A stretch of DNA of 64,000 nucleotides from Klebsormidium nitens. Taxonomy: Eukaryota; Plantae; Klebsormidiophyceae. Below the pieces are notes generated by a model. It was not told the DNA's origin. It made no database searches and saw only the letters and a list, made by a program, of their open reading frames with translations. The stretch is taken from assembly GCA_000708835.1 (NCBI GenBank), contig DF236953.1, positions 358,990 through 422,989 of the forward strand, given 5' to 3'. The position numbers and the translations under genes are program-made. Shown one piece after another: positions 1 to 11,139 of the stretch (positions within the stretch are counted from its first letter, which is position 1; every line of letters starts with the position of its first letter).

Positions 1-779
1 GACATGCTCTTGACACCTTACATTGTTTACTGAATTTTTACGCCGTGAACTTCATTGAAAACCCTTAACCTGCCTGTTAGCAGCATCATTGACGACATCA
101 TCGCTCGGTGGGAGAAGAGCTGTGGAAAGCTGACTGGTGAGTTTGCGGTTCTTGCAAAGTGCTTAGTTTCACACCACCACTCAGGTTTTTCTCTAGGATG
201 GGTCGTGACACAGATTGGTCAGAACATCTCTGCAGGCTCTGGGTGGTTGTGATTGAGCTGTTGACAAGCATAACGCTCGCTTGCTGTTTCCCATGTTCTG
301 ATTAGAGTTCAAGGTTGAAATAATTTGAGGACAGTAGAGCCATGCAATTGCAGTATCCTCAGGGTTCGAATTCCATAGTATTCTGAAATTGGTGTCAAGA
401 GTGTTTAGCTCAACTTTCTCTACTTGGACTACACAGTGTCGTATCCCCAGGTCCTCATTTGACTCCAGATAACCACCAACCATACTTTCTGCCAACCACA
501 TAGAACCATTTCATGTTGTCTTTTCTTGGAGTTCTGTTAATGATAGCTCACACAGGGAAGCTATTGTTGTAATGGTTTTAGGTTGGCAAGGCTGACTTCA
601 ATTCAAGTGGCTGTGCTTCCGTGTTTAGGAATACTCAAAAGCTATCTCACCTTTTCTCAGGGCTGCTTGTGGTCATTGCGGTCGCCGAAGTAGATTGCTC
701 TCTTGCCTTGGCGGTAATGAAAATGTGACAGTGACTTGTCATCTACCTCGGACCATTAAGAGTTCTTTTAGGCAAAATC

Positions 780-3700
780 ATGCATGCTATAACTCGTCAT
801 AATCATCGAGTCCTCCCTGACACAGGTGCGGACGCTGAGCTCATAGAGGTGATCCGGGGCAAGCAGAGAGAATGGGAAGAGGCTGTGATCAAGTACGAAA
901 ACCCTCCCTCCAATGAGACTCCACACACCGACCCATCCTCCGGCCGCTCCGATGTCCTCGTCGGCCCTCGGTACGCAGCCTCGGAGCTGCGGACAGGTGG
1001 GAGTCTCTCGATTGAGGGGCCAATGTATGCAGCTTCTGTGAGGCAGGATGGTCCCTCGGGAAGCGAAGCGGGTGTAAGAGCTGGTCCTGCAACGTCCCTT
1101 TCAACAAGAGGAAGGGCTGGTGCTTCCAGCTCCGCTCCTGTTTGCACTCAGGATGCCGCAAAGTCAGCGGCAGGAGTAAACGCTCAGGGGAATGGTAATT
1201 ATGGAACTAGCTTAGAAGGCCAGGATTGGATCGCACGAAAGGCGAATGGGTTCAATGGAACAGCAGCAGCAGCGGAAAACCATAGCAGAGTCTCGGGGGC
1301 TGTTTCCGGCTTCATGGCTGTGTCTGGTGAGAGAGCCCAAAAGCGAGGTGCCCGCAGCGTCGATCTGGACAGTGTGGAGTTGGACGACGAGCGTCCAGCA
1401 TCCGCGCCTAGTTTCTCAGAGCCAGGGGGTCCGCCTTCGGAGGCTGCTGTGGGGAGGGAGGATAATGCGGCAGAAGCGGTAGGGCAGAAGGAAAGGCGAA
1501 AGCAGCGCCTGGAGAGAAAGCGCAGGAAAGAAAGCGACGGGGACAGCATTCCCGGGTCGAAGGCTGCTTTCGCTGCGCAACACGGTGGGGAGGGGCAGGC
1601 TTTGGCAGAGCGGGATGCTGGGCCTGAAAGGGAGCAACAGAATGGGAACAGACTGCCGCACTCGCTTAGTGGAGACATTGACTTGGGGCCTGCACTGGAA
1701 AAAGGTGAGACGTGGCTGAGGCGTCCGGAGGCTGAAGGGGACGAGCCACGTGTAAACGGGCATGCACCAGGGGGTGCAGCATCAGCGGGGAATGCCTATG
1801 AGGCATGCCTGGATGAAATCACTGCCCGTCCCCGACCTCTCTCGGCAGACTTCCCAGCGCTCGGCGAGGGGGTCCGGGTTCCAGCCGCCGCTGCCCCCCT
1901 GAAACGGTTCACGAACCTGCGGCGGCCGGAGAGCTGGGGGGGTGGGGATGACGTTACGGGGGCCAAGTCTAGCTGGGCGAAGCACATCTCCTCGAGGGCG
2001 GCAGAGGGTGAGGGAAGCGCAGCTCAGCCGGACGTTCAGACGGACGCTCAGACGGAGGAGTACGTCCGGAAACGGACGGCTTTTGAGGAAGAGGATCGGC
2101 GAAAGCGGCGGAAGATGCGGACCAAGGACGACTTCGAGTGCTTCGAACGTCTTAAAGGAGGCAGAATGGTGAGCCCGTGGTTACTCAAAATGAAGCTGTC
2201 CCATCTTATCCAGGCAGCATAAATGCCCGGATAGTAGGTGACTCTGTTCGAAATGCGTGCTCTTGAAGGCCCTCCAGGATTGTCGATAGGTTACGTCAGC
2301 CGTGTGAGAGTTCAGCACATTCAACCGAAACAGTCTGATATGAAAAACGTGAGAAGGAAGCTCATGTTCCTCTTGGAAGGTACATCTTCGCTGAAAAAAC
2401 CCGTCAGGAAGAGACTCTTAAGTTTTGTGGTCCATCTGGCTACTCGCAATTCACTGCTTTGCCCTTTTCTTGGCTTTATGCTTCTTGCTATCATGATACT
2501 AAGGGTCTTTACACACAGGGCGGGTGTTCTTTTTCGCAATTCGCCGAGAACTGAAGGTGTTGTTTTGCCCAAACTCCCCGCGCGACTTCGGGGGGTACCT
2601 TCCGCACGCAAAAGTAGTCCCGTGCGACGGTCCGAAAAAGTTTACTTTCGCTACCCGGCTTTTTTTGGGGTAGCACTTTGGAACACCGCGGTGTTTTTGC
2701 TGACGTATGATCGTACGAGTCGGCGAACTTGCAATAACACCCGCGGTGTTTTCCTGGCGACGGTACCGCCGCGGCCCCTGCTGTACCGTCGCTCGAAACA
2801 AAAAACACCCGCTCTGTGTGTAAAGGCCCTAATAGTCAATGTTCTTTGGCCAGGCCAGTCCAATTGCAGCATTGACTGGATGCGCTAATCTCGTGGTCAA
2901 GGAAAGCAAGCTGCATTCGCCTGTGCTTCACAAATTCTGAAATCTGTCAATCTACTGCGAGGGCTGCGCAAACATCCCTCAGTTCATCTTCATAATTTGA
3001 TGAACACAAAAACCTTTCCCATGCCCCCGTCGACCTCGCTGACGTCATCACCACCTCTTTGTCAGGTCAACTCGGTTCAGGGCCTGGTGCTCCACGAGCA
3101 GTTTCTGGACGACGAAGAGCAGGCCGCCGCCGTCAGCATGATCCGGGAGCTGGAGCAACTAGGCGCGGACGGCGGGCTGCGCGGGCGGACGTACACGGCG
3201 CCGCGCAAGTGGATGAAGGGCAAGGGGCGGGTGACCATCCAGTTCGGGTGCTGCTACAACTATGCCGTGGATAAGATGGGGCGGCCGCCAGGGATCCTGC
3301 AAGGTAGGCATTGGGTTTCAAGGTCGGCGCGGTTTGAGTTCTTGGAGGTTGAAGATTTTGGGGGCCATTTCAGGTTTTCCGAGGTCTGTTCGAGAATCGA
3401 AGCGAGTTTATAGTCCGCAGATTGTATCGGTTCGGACGAAGAAGTCAGGTCCAGAGCTTTCGGTTTCTTCGCCAATGCTGCGACTCGGTTGCAAATGCAA
3501 CACTCTAGGTTTGGTTGATAACTCAAGACCACTCTTTATAGTCAACAGTAGCATCGATCTGAGGTTGAGATACAGCCAGTTTGAAATGATGACCCGGATG
3601 AATTTCGTGGGGGACTTAGGGCGCCAAGCTCATTGAACACGTCAACCGTTCTGCAGACGAGGCGGTGGAGCCGATGCCGACCTTTTTGGAGGACATTTTG

Positions 3701-6700
3701 GACCGCATGGTGCGCTGGAAGGTGATGCCAGGGGGAAAGAAGCGCCCCAACTCGGCCATCATCAACCTGTACTCGGAGGTGGGTTCATTCAGACTGTTTA
3801 TTGGTCAGAGGCATGGTTCGCGTTGCCTAGATGGGTTTCTTTTTTTTCAAGGGGCATGGAATCAAAGGGAATTGGCACATGCAGAATTGCGGGCCTCCTC
3901 GCCTCTGTTTGAGGGAGAGTGTGGAGCTGCTTCATTGAAAGTCTCTCTTGTCCTCTGACCAAGCTTGACTGCGTCTCTACTAAAGCAGTTCACTAATTCT
4001 TGCAATCAAGGCCGCCGGTTAATCGTCCGACCCGTTCTCCGCTTCAAGGGTGTGTCGGAATTAAGCGGGCTATAGTTCCCTCTTTACCACCGCGCTTTCG
4101 GCACGCGCCGCCTTTGGCACTCCAAACAGTGAACTATCCTCAAACAGTCAACGAACCTGTCGACGTTAAAGTCCTTGTACACCCTCATAGCCTCTCCAGG
4201 GACCCCGACTCGTCTGTCCGCTTACCAATGCTACTGCTTCTTTAACCTCCCGACTTCTGAAAGTGACCGCTCTTCTTCATCTGTCTCTTCAGTTCTTAGT
4301 ACCCACTAACCTTGCTTATCCCATTTTCTTACCCTAGGCGACTGCACTTCATCAAAGTTGACGTCCGTTTCTTGGACGACCCTCAGGGCATGCTCTTTCG
4401 TCGACTATTTGAGTAGCGTCCTACGCATTCAAACCCACTTCTTTTCAATCATTTGTTAACCCGCCTTTTAACCAGGTCGACTGCATCCCATCCACACCTA
4501 CCACCACGACTCCAATCCTCTCTTCTGCACGCCGAGAACCTCTCACACCCACTTTGAGCCCTCATCAAAATCAGATAACGCGTATCTAACCGTGGCAACT
4601 GCATCCTCCTGTCAAAACACTCGTAACCCCACGTAACCCCTTTCTTGCCAGGGCGACTGCATCCCAATCCACATCGACCACCACGACTTCGACCGCCCCT
4701 TTTGCACGATGTCGCTCCTCTCGGTGGCGCCCATCAAGTTTGGGGCCGTTATGGAGTCCCTGGACGCAGGCCAGTTCTCGGGCGCCTTCGAGCTGCCGCT
4801 CTCCAAAGGGTAGGTTTTCTTGCCCGGTCATGTATCCATCTTGCTGGTTCCTCCTCACTCGATCCCTTTTGCGGGACAGTAGAACGCCGCTGCAGTCGTA
4901 CGAAAGTCGGTGCTTGAGCGAACCTTTCGCTGCCGATCAGCGTCTTGGTGGTTCGTCGGCTTTCAGTCAGCCGGCAATATGCGTCTCCGTGCCTATGTTC
5001 TCGCGTTCTTGAAAGAACAGATATTAAAAGGTTTGACATGCTTTGGCGTATCCGACCACATGCTCGTCTGCTCGGGTCTCCTGGAAACCCCTTTCGTGCA
5101 ACCTCCCTGCGTACGAATAATTGGCATCAGAATGCAAGGGACCTTCATGCGAATATTAGCCGTCAGTCTGCCTCGACGGCGCTGAGCGGGCCTTCAAAGA
5201 GCTGGTACAACATCGTTGTACCCTGCCTTCGAATGGCTGTTGCTGAAGTCATGGCTTGTTCCGGACCGCTTGACCGTTGTTCTTGAAAGCGAGAGCGCTG
5301 CTTGATGAGTGAGTTGGAAAAAGGGTGATGAGCTTCATAAGAGGAACCGGTTCCTGGCTTCAAGGACACATAGGTCCGTGAGAACGGGAATGGAGAAGGG
5401 TGGCTGTAACGAATTCATCTGGTGCCAATTTTCCGAGCTCACGAGCGTTGAAGGGGCGTGTTCACTTGTGGTTTGCGGCATACTTCCGCAAGGTCCCAAG
5501 CTTTGGGAATTCATTCGCGCTAGGAGTTCTCCTCTTCACATACCATTTGCCAGGTATATCAAACGGACCGTGTTTTGAACCCGGAACACGATTGAAAGAG
5601 CCTGCTTATCTCCTACCTAGAGAGAGATGTCCATGAGATACCGAAAGAACCTAATTACCTTGGTTCTCCTGTGCAGCTCGGTGTGCATCTTGAACGGCAA
5701 CGCCGCCGACGTCGCCAAGCACTGCATTCCGAGCGTCCCGGAGCCCCGCATCTCCGTGACCTTCCGGCGCATGAAGCCCGAGAAGGCGCCCTACATGAAC
5801 ATCGTCCTCCCCCTGCCAGACTTCCCCGTTTTCCACCGGCGCGCTTTCTCCCCCTCCCTGATACCCCCGTCTTTGGGACCCCCCTCGCTGCTTTCTGACC
5901 CCCTCCCGTTCGAAGCCCCCCGGGCGCCCCCCATAGACGTCTCCGCAGAAGTGTGGCCGGATCTCTTGGGGAGATCGGCGGGAGGCCCGGTCGAGAAGGA
6001 CTTTGGCAGGGCCTCCGGTGCTCAGCCATGGGCGCCGAGGCCCCCGACAAGGCCTCTCTCGGGTGGAGGCCCTGTAAGGGCCGAGAATGGCCGGGGATCG
6101 GGCTCTGGGAATGCGCCCCCGCCTCTGACAAGGGCTTCTTCAGGGGGAAATCCTGTTTCAAGCGGCACGGCGGAGTGGCCGGATCTGGGAACTAGCGTGA
6201 AGGGAGGGCCTTCGAAAAGGTCGATATCCGCCGAACGGAACGGGCGGCCAAACGAAACCGTGCGCAGCAAGCCGTTACCCTCCAGCCAATCAGGTTCCGG
6301 GGGAGCGTTACCGCCAAGACCCTCGAGCCAATCAGAGGCGGGAAGCCAACCGCGCGAGAGAGATCCTTCACAGCTGCCGGAATCAGTAGCCCAGTTCGAG
6401 TCAGAAGAGCCGAGAGCTAGAGAGAACGGCGGCGGTTTCGGGCGGTCCGAGATGCGGTCCGCTTCGCCCATTCGGACCGCGGGGGATGTCCGCAACCTCA
6501 GCCAGCCTAGCAGCCCAAATCCCAACCCCTCCGAAGCTTCTGTCGCGAGTGAGTCGGGGCCTTCTAGCGCGGTCCAAACAAAGGGGAATCAAGTCGAGTC
6601 GATGGAGACGGATAACCCAGCTCCGGATTTTGCAGCATTGCCTGACGTAGGCGCTGTACGGAAAGGCGCGAGCGACGATGACCCAGACGCAAGTCGGAAC

Positions 6701-8227
6701 CGAACCTCGAGCCAAACCCCTAGTGATCACGCGTCCTCAGAGCCGAATGCCGATTCTAATCCGTCCCACGCTGATTCAGACCCCATCCACGGCCCCAAAG
6801 CTGACGAGCAATCGTCCCAATTTCAAAGACCGGAGCTCGACCTCACGGGTGTGAAGCGGACCGAGAGCCCAAGATCGAACGGTCATGCGGACGTTCGAAT
6901 CGGAGCAATGTCGCCGGACGGGTTCTCTCGGGGAAGCGTCGGAGGGGGCCAGGTGTCGCGTGGTGATAGGGCGGGCCAGACGAGCGAGGTTCAAGACCCT
7001 AGGGCAAGGAAAGAGCGCAGTGTTCCGCTGGATTATGTGGCCCGAAACGGAAGTGTCGGAAATGGACACGAGCGGAGGACGTCGCGCGAACCCAATCCGG
7101 ATACGGCCGACCCGGACAGAAACCAGGGGCTCGAGTGGCGGAAAGATCGTAGTCGAACGCAGTCGACGGAAATAGCTTACCCTCGGCGATACGAGCAGAG
7201 CGTCACTAGCGCTTATGGCGGGCGGAGACAAAACGAGGAGAGGAGCGCCGCTTCTGAAATGGCCCGGGGGCAGAGCGAGGAGAGAAGCGGCATCTCGTAT
7301 GGGGGCCGGGGGCGGAAAGGCTGGCGACCGGAATTCCGGGGGCGGTCGGTGGAGCGGCGGTTCAGCCCGGAACCACGCCAGGGGCAGAACGGATGGAGTG
7401 CCGGAAACGGAACGGGCAGCGCTTGGAATGCAAGCCCGGGTCAAAGCGACTGGAAGCGGAGGCCCGATCCGCCGCTCAGTCCTGGACGGCTCGTGTCAGC
7501 AGCTGATGAGTATCGGCGCGGTGCTTATGAGCATGCGGGCGCTTATAACCCATCTACGGGCGCTTATGGCGGCAACGCAGGGGAGACTTATGGAGGCGAA
7601 AGCTGCCAGTCTACCGGAATGGAGTCGAAGGGCAACCTAGCAGCGGCAGCCCCGGCGTTCGTGTCCCGGGCACTGATGAGGCCCAACTCCGGGCTTGGGG
7701 GGCGTTCCGATCGGCCGACGCCGAGCGGATCATACAATGGGGCGTCTCCGCACCAGCCGAGACGGGACGCTGGGCAGAATGGCTCAAGCAGTGGGGCGCA
7801 TTCACACCGGCCGGGCTGGGACGCGGCCTCAGGTAATGGGGGGTACTCACACCAGCCGGGCGTTCCAGCCCGGCAGGATGGTGCAGGCAATGGGGCGTAT
7901 ACACACCAGCCGGGCCCGAACGCCGGTCCTGATGGCCTGGGCAATGGAGCCACTCCCGAAGCATGGAAGTTCGAAGGGGAGAACGGATCAGCATCGCTAG
8001 GGCAAACGGCTCCGGACGACGATGGAGGAATGAAGTCAAAGAACATACCGCGTGTGGATGTAGCGTGGTTTTTCGACTCTGCTTCGACGCCGAAATCTGC
8101 ATCGCCGGGCAAAGAGCAGATTGGTGAGCAGTCAGCAGAGGGGTCGGCGGGGGTTGGATCCCCGCAGCAATCGCTGGCTATGTTCTTTCCCAAGGAGACG
8201 CCCAAGAAGGAGCCCCAGAGCGATTGA
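780..8227 (+). CDS. ALKBH9: AlkB-family 2OG-Fe(II) dioxygenase, ALKBH9/ALKBH10-like putative m6A RNA demethylase (multi-exon)
   Basis: Exons ~780(or acceptor at ~823)-2168, 3066-3303, 3657-3778, 4652-4809, 5677-8227 join in frame at GT-AG sites. They give VNSVQGLVLHEQF...GRTYTAPRKWMKGKGRVTIQFGCCYNYAVD...PNSAIINLYSEGDCIPIHIDHHDFDRPF...NGNAADVAKHCIP...RISVTFRRM, with the HxD, distal H and 2OG-binding R residues. The 5' start is uncertain and an upstream exon near 80-140 is possible. Confidence 0.9.
2503..2829. mobile_element. Tourist-like (PIF/Harbinger) MITE in an intron of the ALKBH9 gene
   Basis: TIRs of ~30 bp: GGGTCTTTACACACAGGGCGGGTGTT at 2503 and the reverse complement of AACACCCGCTCTGTGTGTAAAGGCCC ending 2829. 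TAA target-site duplication at 2500-2502 and 2830-2832. Internal palindromes AACACCGCGGTGTT and GCTACCC..GGGTAGC. No credible coding capacity. Confidence 0.88.
4060..5300 (+). repeat. Degenerate tandem copies of both ends of ALKBH9 exon 4652-4809 in the flanking introns
   Basis: Acceptor side: real CCAG|GGCGACTGCATCCCAATCCACATCGACCACCACGAC, with copies at ~4472 (CCAGGTCGACTGCATCCCATCCACACCTACCACCACGAC), ~4334, ~4592 and a faint one at ~4065. Donor side: faint copies of CTCGGGCGCCTTCGAGCTGCCG at ~4915, ~5070, ~5185, ~5260. Confidence 0.75.
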
Positions 8228-9921
8228 TTGATCATCGAGGCACCATTCCGTGTGCTGAAGTAGGTTAGTCTGCAGTACAGGAAACATTGATGATGTCCAT
8301 TGCCCACAAGAAATTCGAATTGGTCATTTGCAACTGGACGGTGGCGCTATTTTGTAAGTAGGTCCGATCATGCAGAAGATTGTAAATGAAGGAGGAGAAT
8401 TAGACCAGTGGCAAAACGTTCTGAGCCTTGCAGCTAAGTCCTGAAGCGAGGAGCAGTTGCAATGCATTTGCATCGATCGGTCCTGTTATCGATCGCCCGT
8501 CCATTCACGCCTTTCTGCATGACACATGGTTTTCAGGCAACGTCAATATCTTGCATGCTAAGTGCGGCTCGCTGGCAATGCATGTGGTCGTTCTGCACTA
8601 GTAAGCCAGTACGCGGGTGCGCGCGATCATGGTATGGTATTATGCATTGGTTGTCACAGTGGTTCAGATCGGATGAGATCGAGAAGCGGCCTACATATAT
8701 ATACTCATCATCTTCTGCAATTGCATGTTGAACGACTATTTACTATTAGCCCGCGGACCACACATGCTCTGGTAATATGCGCAACACGTCCGTTGTTTTG
8801 TTGAATTACAGAACTTAGCTAGAACTAGCTATATCAGTACGTTCCATCACGGGCCGCCAATTTCACTAGTCGATCTGACTTGAACATGCAAATGCATCGT
8901 CGTTGACTGTTTTGGCAAGCCGTTGCATATAAGCATTATACTGGGCGGCTTGAATTAAGCTATTTTGCGCGAGAACTGCCCGGAATTGCTCAATGCTAGG
9001 GCTCGGCGCCCTAGCGCAGCCACAACGCCATGACTCCGCCGCACCGTGCACTGTGAGGTCCTCTAGCACTCACTTTGGAAAGAACTCAGTTACCCATCAA
9101 TCAACTAACGGACAGAAATGCAATGCGCATGAACCTATAGAACGGCTCAGTCGCGCCCTTATTCCGAAATGGCAACATCTGCATAAGTACAGGATAAACT
9201 GAATCCACCTTCGAGAAAATCTCCCTCAGGCAACTTGTACAATCCAAAAGGCATGCAAACTTACAGCATACGGCTCCATGTCCTTTGTCGTAACAGGGTA
9301 ACGTCAGCTTCATGGATGTATTTGACGTTCTAGACAATTCGAGCTCCGTGTCCGGCTATTGTGCTTATACAACAAGCATACATCCTCGATCACGCAAATC
9401 AGCAAGTGCTGGGTTTTAATATGGAATTCTCTCCTTAGCGTTCACATACGGCTGCGGCTTTTCAAATCTCAATACTAGTTTTTGAGCAATGCTTCAATGA
9501 TTGCCTCTTTATTCAACCAATGCAACAATCAGATGGCGGCCAGCACGCAGTTCTGCTCCGCACCCAAAGTACTTGACGGAGATTCCGGCCCTCCGGTCCA
9601 GCTCCTTTAATTTCTCCAAAAACGAAAGTCGCTACTAGTACCGTATCTGCTTCACAGAATTCAAACCTGAGTCGAAAGAATCCTTGTACATAGTCCCAGA
9701 AGCTCAGCAAGAACCCGGCGAATCTTGTAATGATTAGGACCTAAAACTTACAATTCTTGCTCCTTGCTTGCGAGGTCTCCTCTGAGCCTCGCACTTAGGT
9801 TTCCAGCAGCCATGACTTTAAGTTAGCCAACCGGACATCCATAGGTTTGGTGCTAATTGTAACGAAACCACGACGTACAAGTCTACTATCCCCCCGCACT
9901 TCTATGGCATGTCGACACCCG

Positions 9922-11050
9922 TCATGGCCCGCGTCTTTGCGGAGCAGAGGAGCATCCTCCGACAGCGGGAAAAAAACGGAGGCTAACCGACTGCGCCTGA
10001 TTAGTGTCCAACCCAAAGAACTCTCTATGAGCGTCTCCGTCTTCTACAAGCCTGAAAGTAATGGCCCTGCCGGTATCTATTAGCAGCACATTCGTGGCAG
10101 GCTTCGAAGAGTCGGTGTTGACCCACTGTGGATCTAAAGCACTACACTGGCCACCGAGGGTCCAGATCGCATCCTCGATGAGTAAGTTGGGCAGCCCGGT
10201 GCGATCGCTAAAGGAGTTGTCTCCTGATTCAGCTGGGCGCGGTGTACTAGAAGGTGGGGGGGGGGCAATTAGTCCCCCAAGGAGCAGGAATCTAGGACTA
10301 TCAAGCCCAATGTAACCATCCAATAAAGAAATAGCCCCAACGTACGGATACTGGGGGTCAGGCCCATTGACCGCAAACGCCGAATACTCGTACGATGGGT
10401 CGAATCGAATCTCTAGCGCCTCGGACATCGCTGGGGTGAACGTGTACAGTCCGTCGCCGTCAAAAGATGCACTGACATAACCGAGTAGATCCGCCAGGGC
10501 CGTCGAGTCCTGCCGGTATACCGCCACAAAGCCGCACGCGGGCAGCGTCAGGGTGAGAGGGCTGGTGCAGAATGCCCCACAGCATTCCTGGGTTGCCTTA
10601 CACGTGGTCGAGCTAGAGCAGGACTTGCTGACGCACTCGCATTGGGTTTCCAGGTTGGCGCGCCTTTGCAAGTTGGTGTCCGATTTGCTGGCAGACTCGA
10701 AGTCGGGCACTTGCAGAAGCCGGCGGCCAGGATTGACTTTCCAGTTTCTGATGCTTGACGTTGTGTCGGAAGACGCGTGTGGCTGCGCAAGATGGTCACC
10801 GTCCTGGTCGGGACGGAGAGAGGAGTTCGTTCAGTTTTGGACCAGGATCGAGCTTGGTCAACTAAGACAGAAGCTACCAGTTCGAGGGATCTGAACGCCT
10901 GAATAGAAGCACGTGATAGTGTCACGAAGTCAGAAAACTGAACAACGATGACAAACGAACGTAGCTGAACCCACAGGCAAACGACGACGCGACTCCACAA
11001 TCCAACAACTTCAAGTCGCTCTTGAAGACGGCCGGCCACTTATGGATTCT
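9922..11050 (-). CDS. Cys-rich linker plus fungal-like domain of unknown function; probably the 3' exons of the root-cap gene
   Basis: The open frame extends upstream of the tracked ORF to an acceptor at 10804 (DGDHLAQ...NPGRRLLQVPD). It contains CECVSKSC...CCGAFC and GYVS...NGPDPQYPYVGAI...GDNSFSDRTG...IEDAIW...PQWVNTD. Candidate bridging exon 11050-~10961 (RIHKW...LLDCGVASSFACGFSY). Confidence 0.7.
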
Positions 11051-11139
11051 CTGCATCGTTGATGTGAAAGTTCATCTAGCCTGCCTGATCACAATCGGGT
11101 CCGTGATAGATGACAGACAGTCAAGTTGTTACGCCTCAC

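Noticed and set aside
355-380. GGTTCGAATTCC resembling a tRNA T-loop
   Set aside because: No acceptor stem, D-arm or anticodon arm can be folded around it.
193-501. 102-aa minus-strand ORF in an AT-richer region
   Set aside because: No recognisable motif or clear splice context. It overlaps possible upstream plus-strand exons of the ALKBH9 gene.
5350-5587. Imperfect inverted repeat (GTTCC..TTCAA..ACAC..GGTCCGT) as a possible old MITE
   Set aside because: Needs several gaps and no TSD is evident. It could be chance.
8353-8386. TGTAA motifs as a chlorophyte-type poly(A) signal
   Set aside because: Common 5-mer, not seen consistently after the other stop codons.
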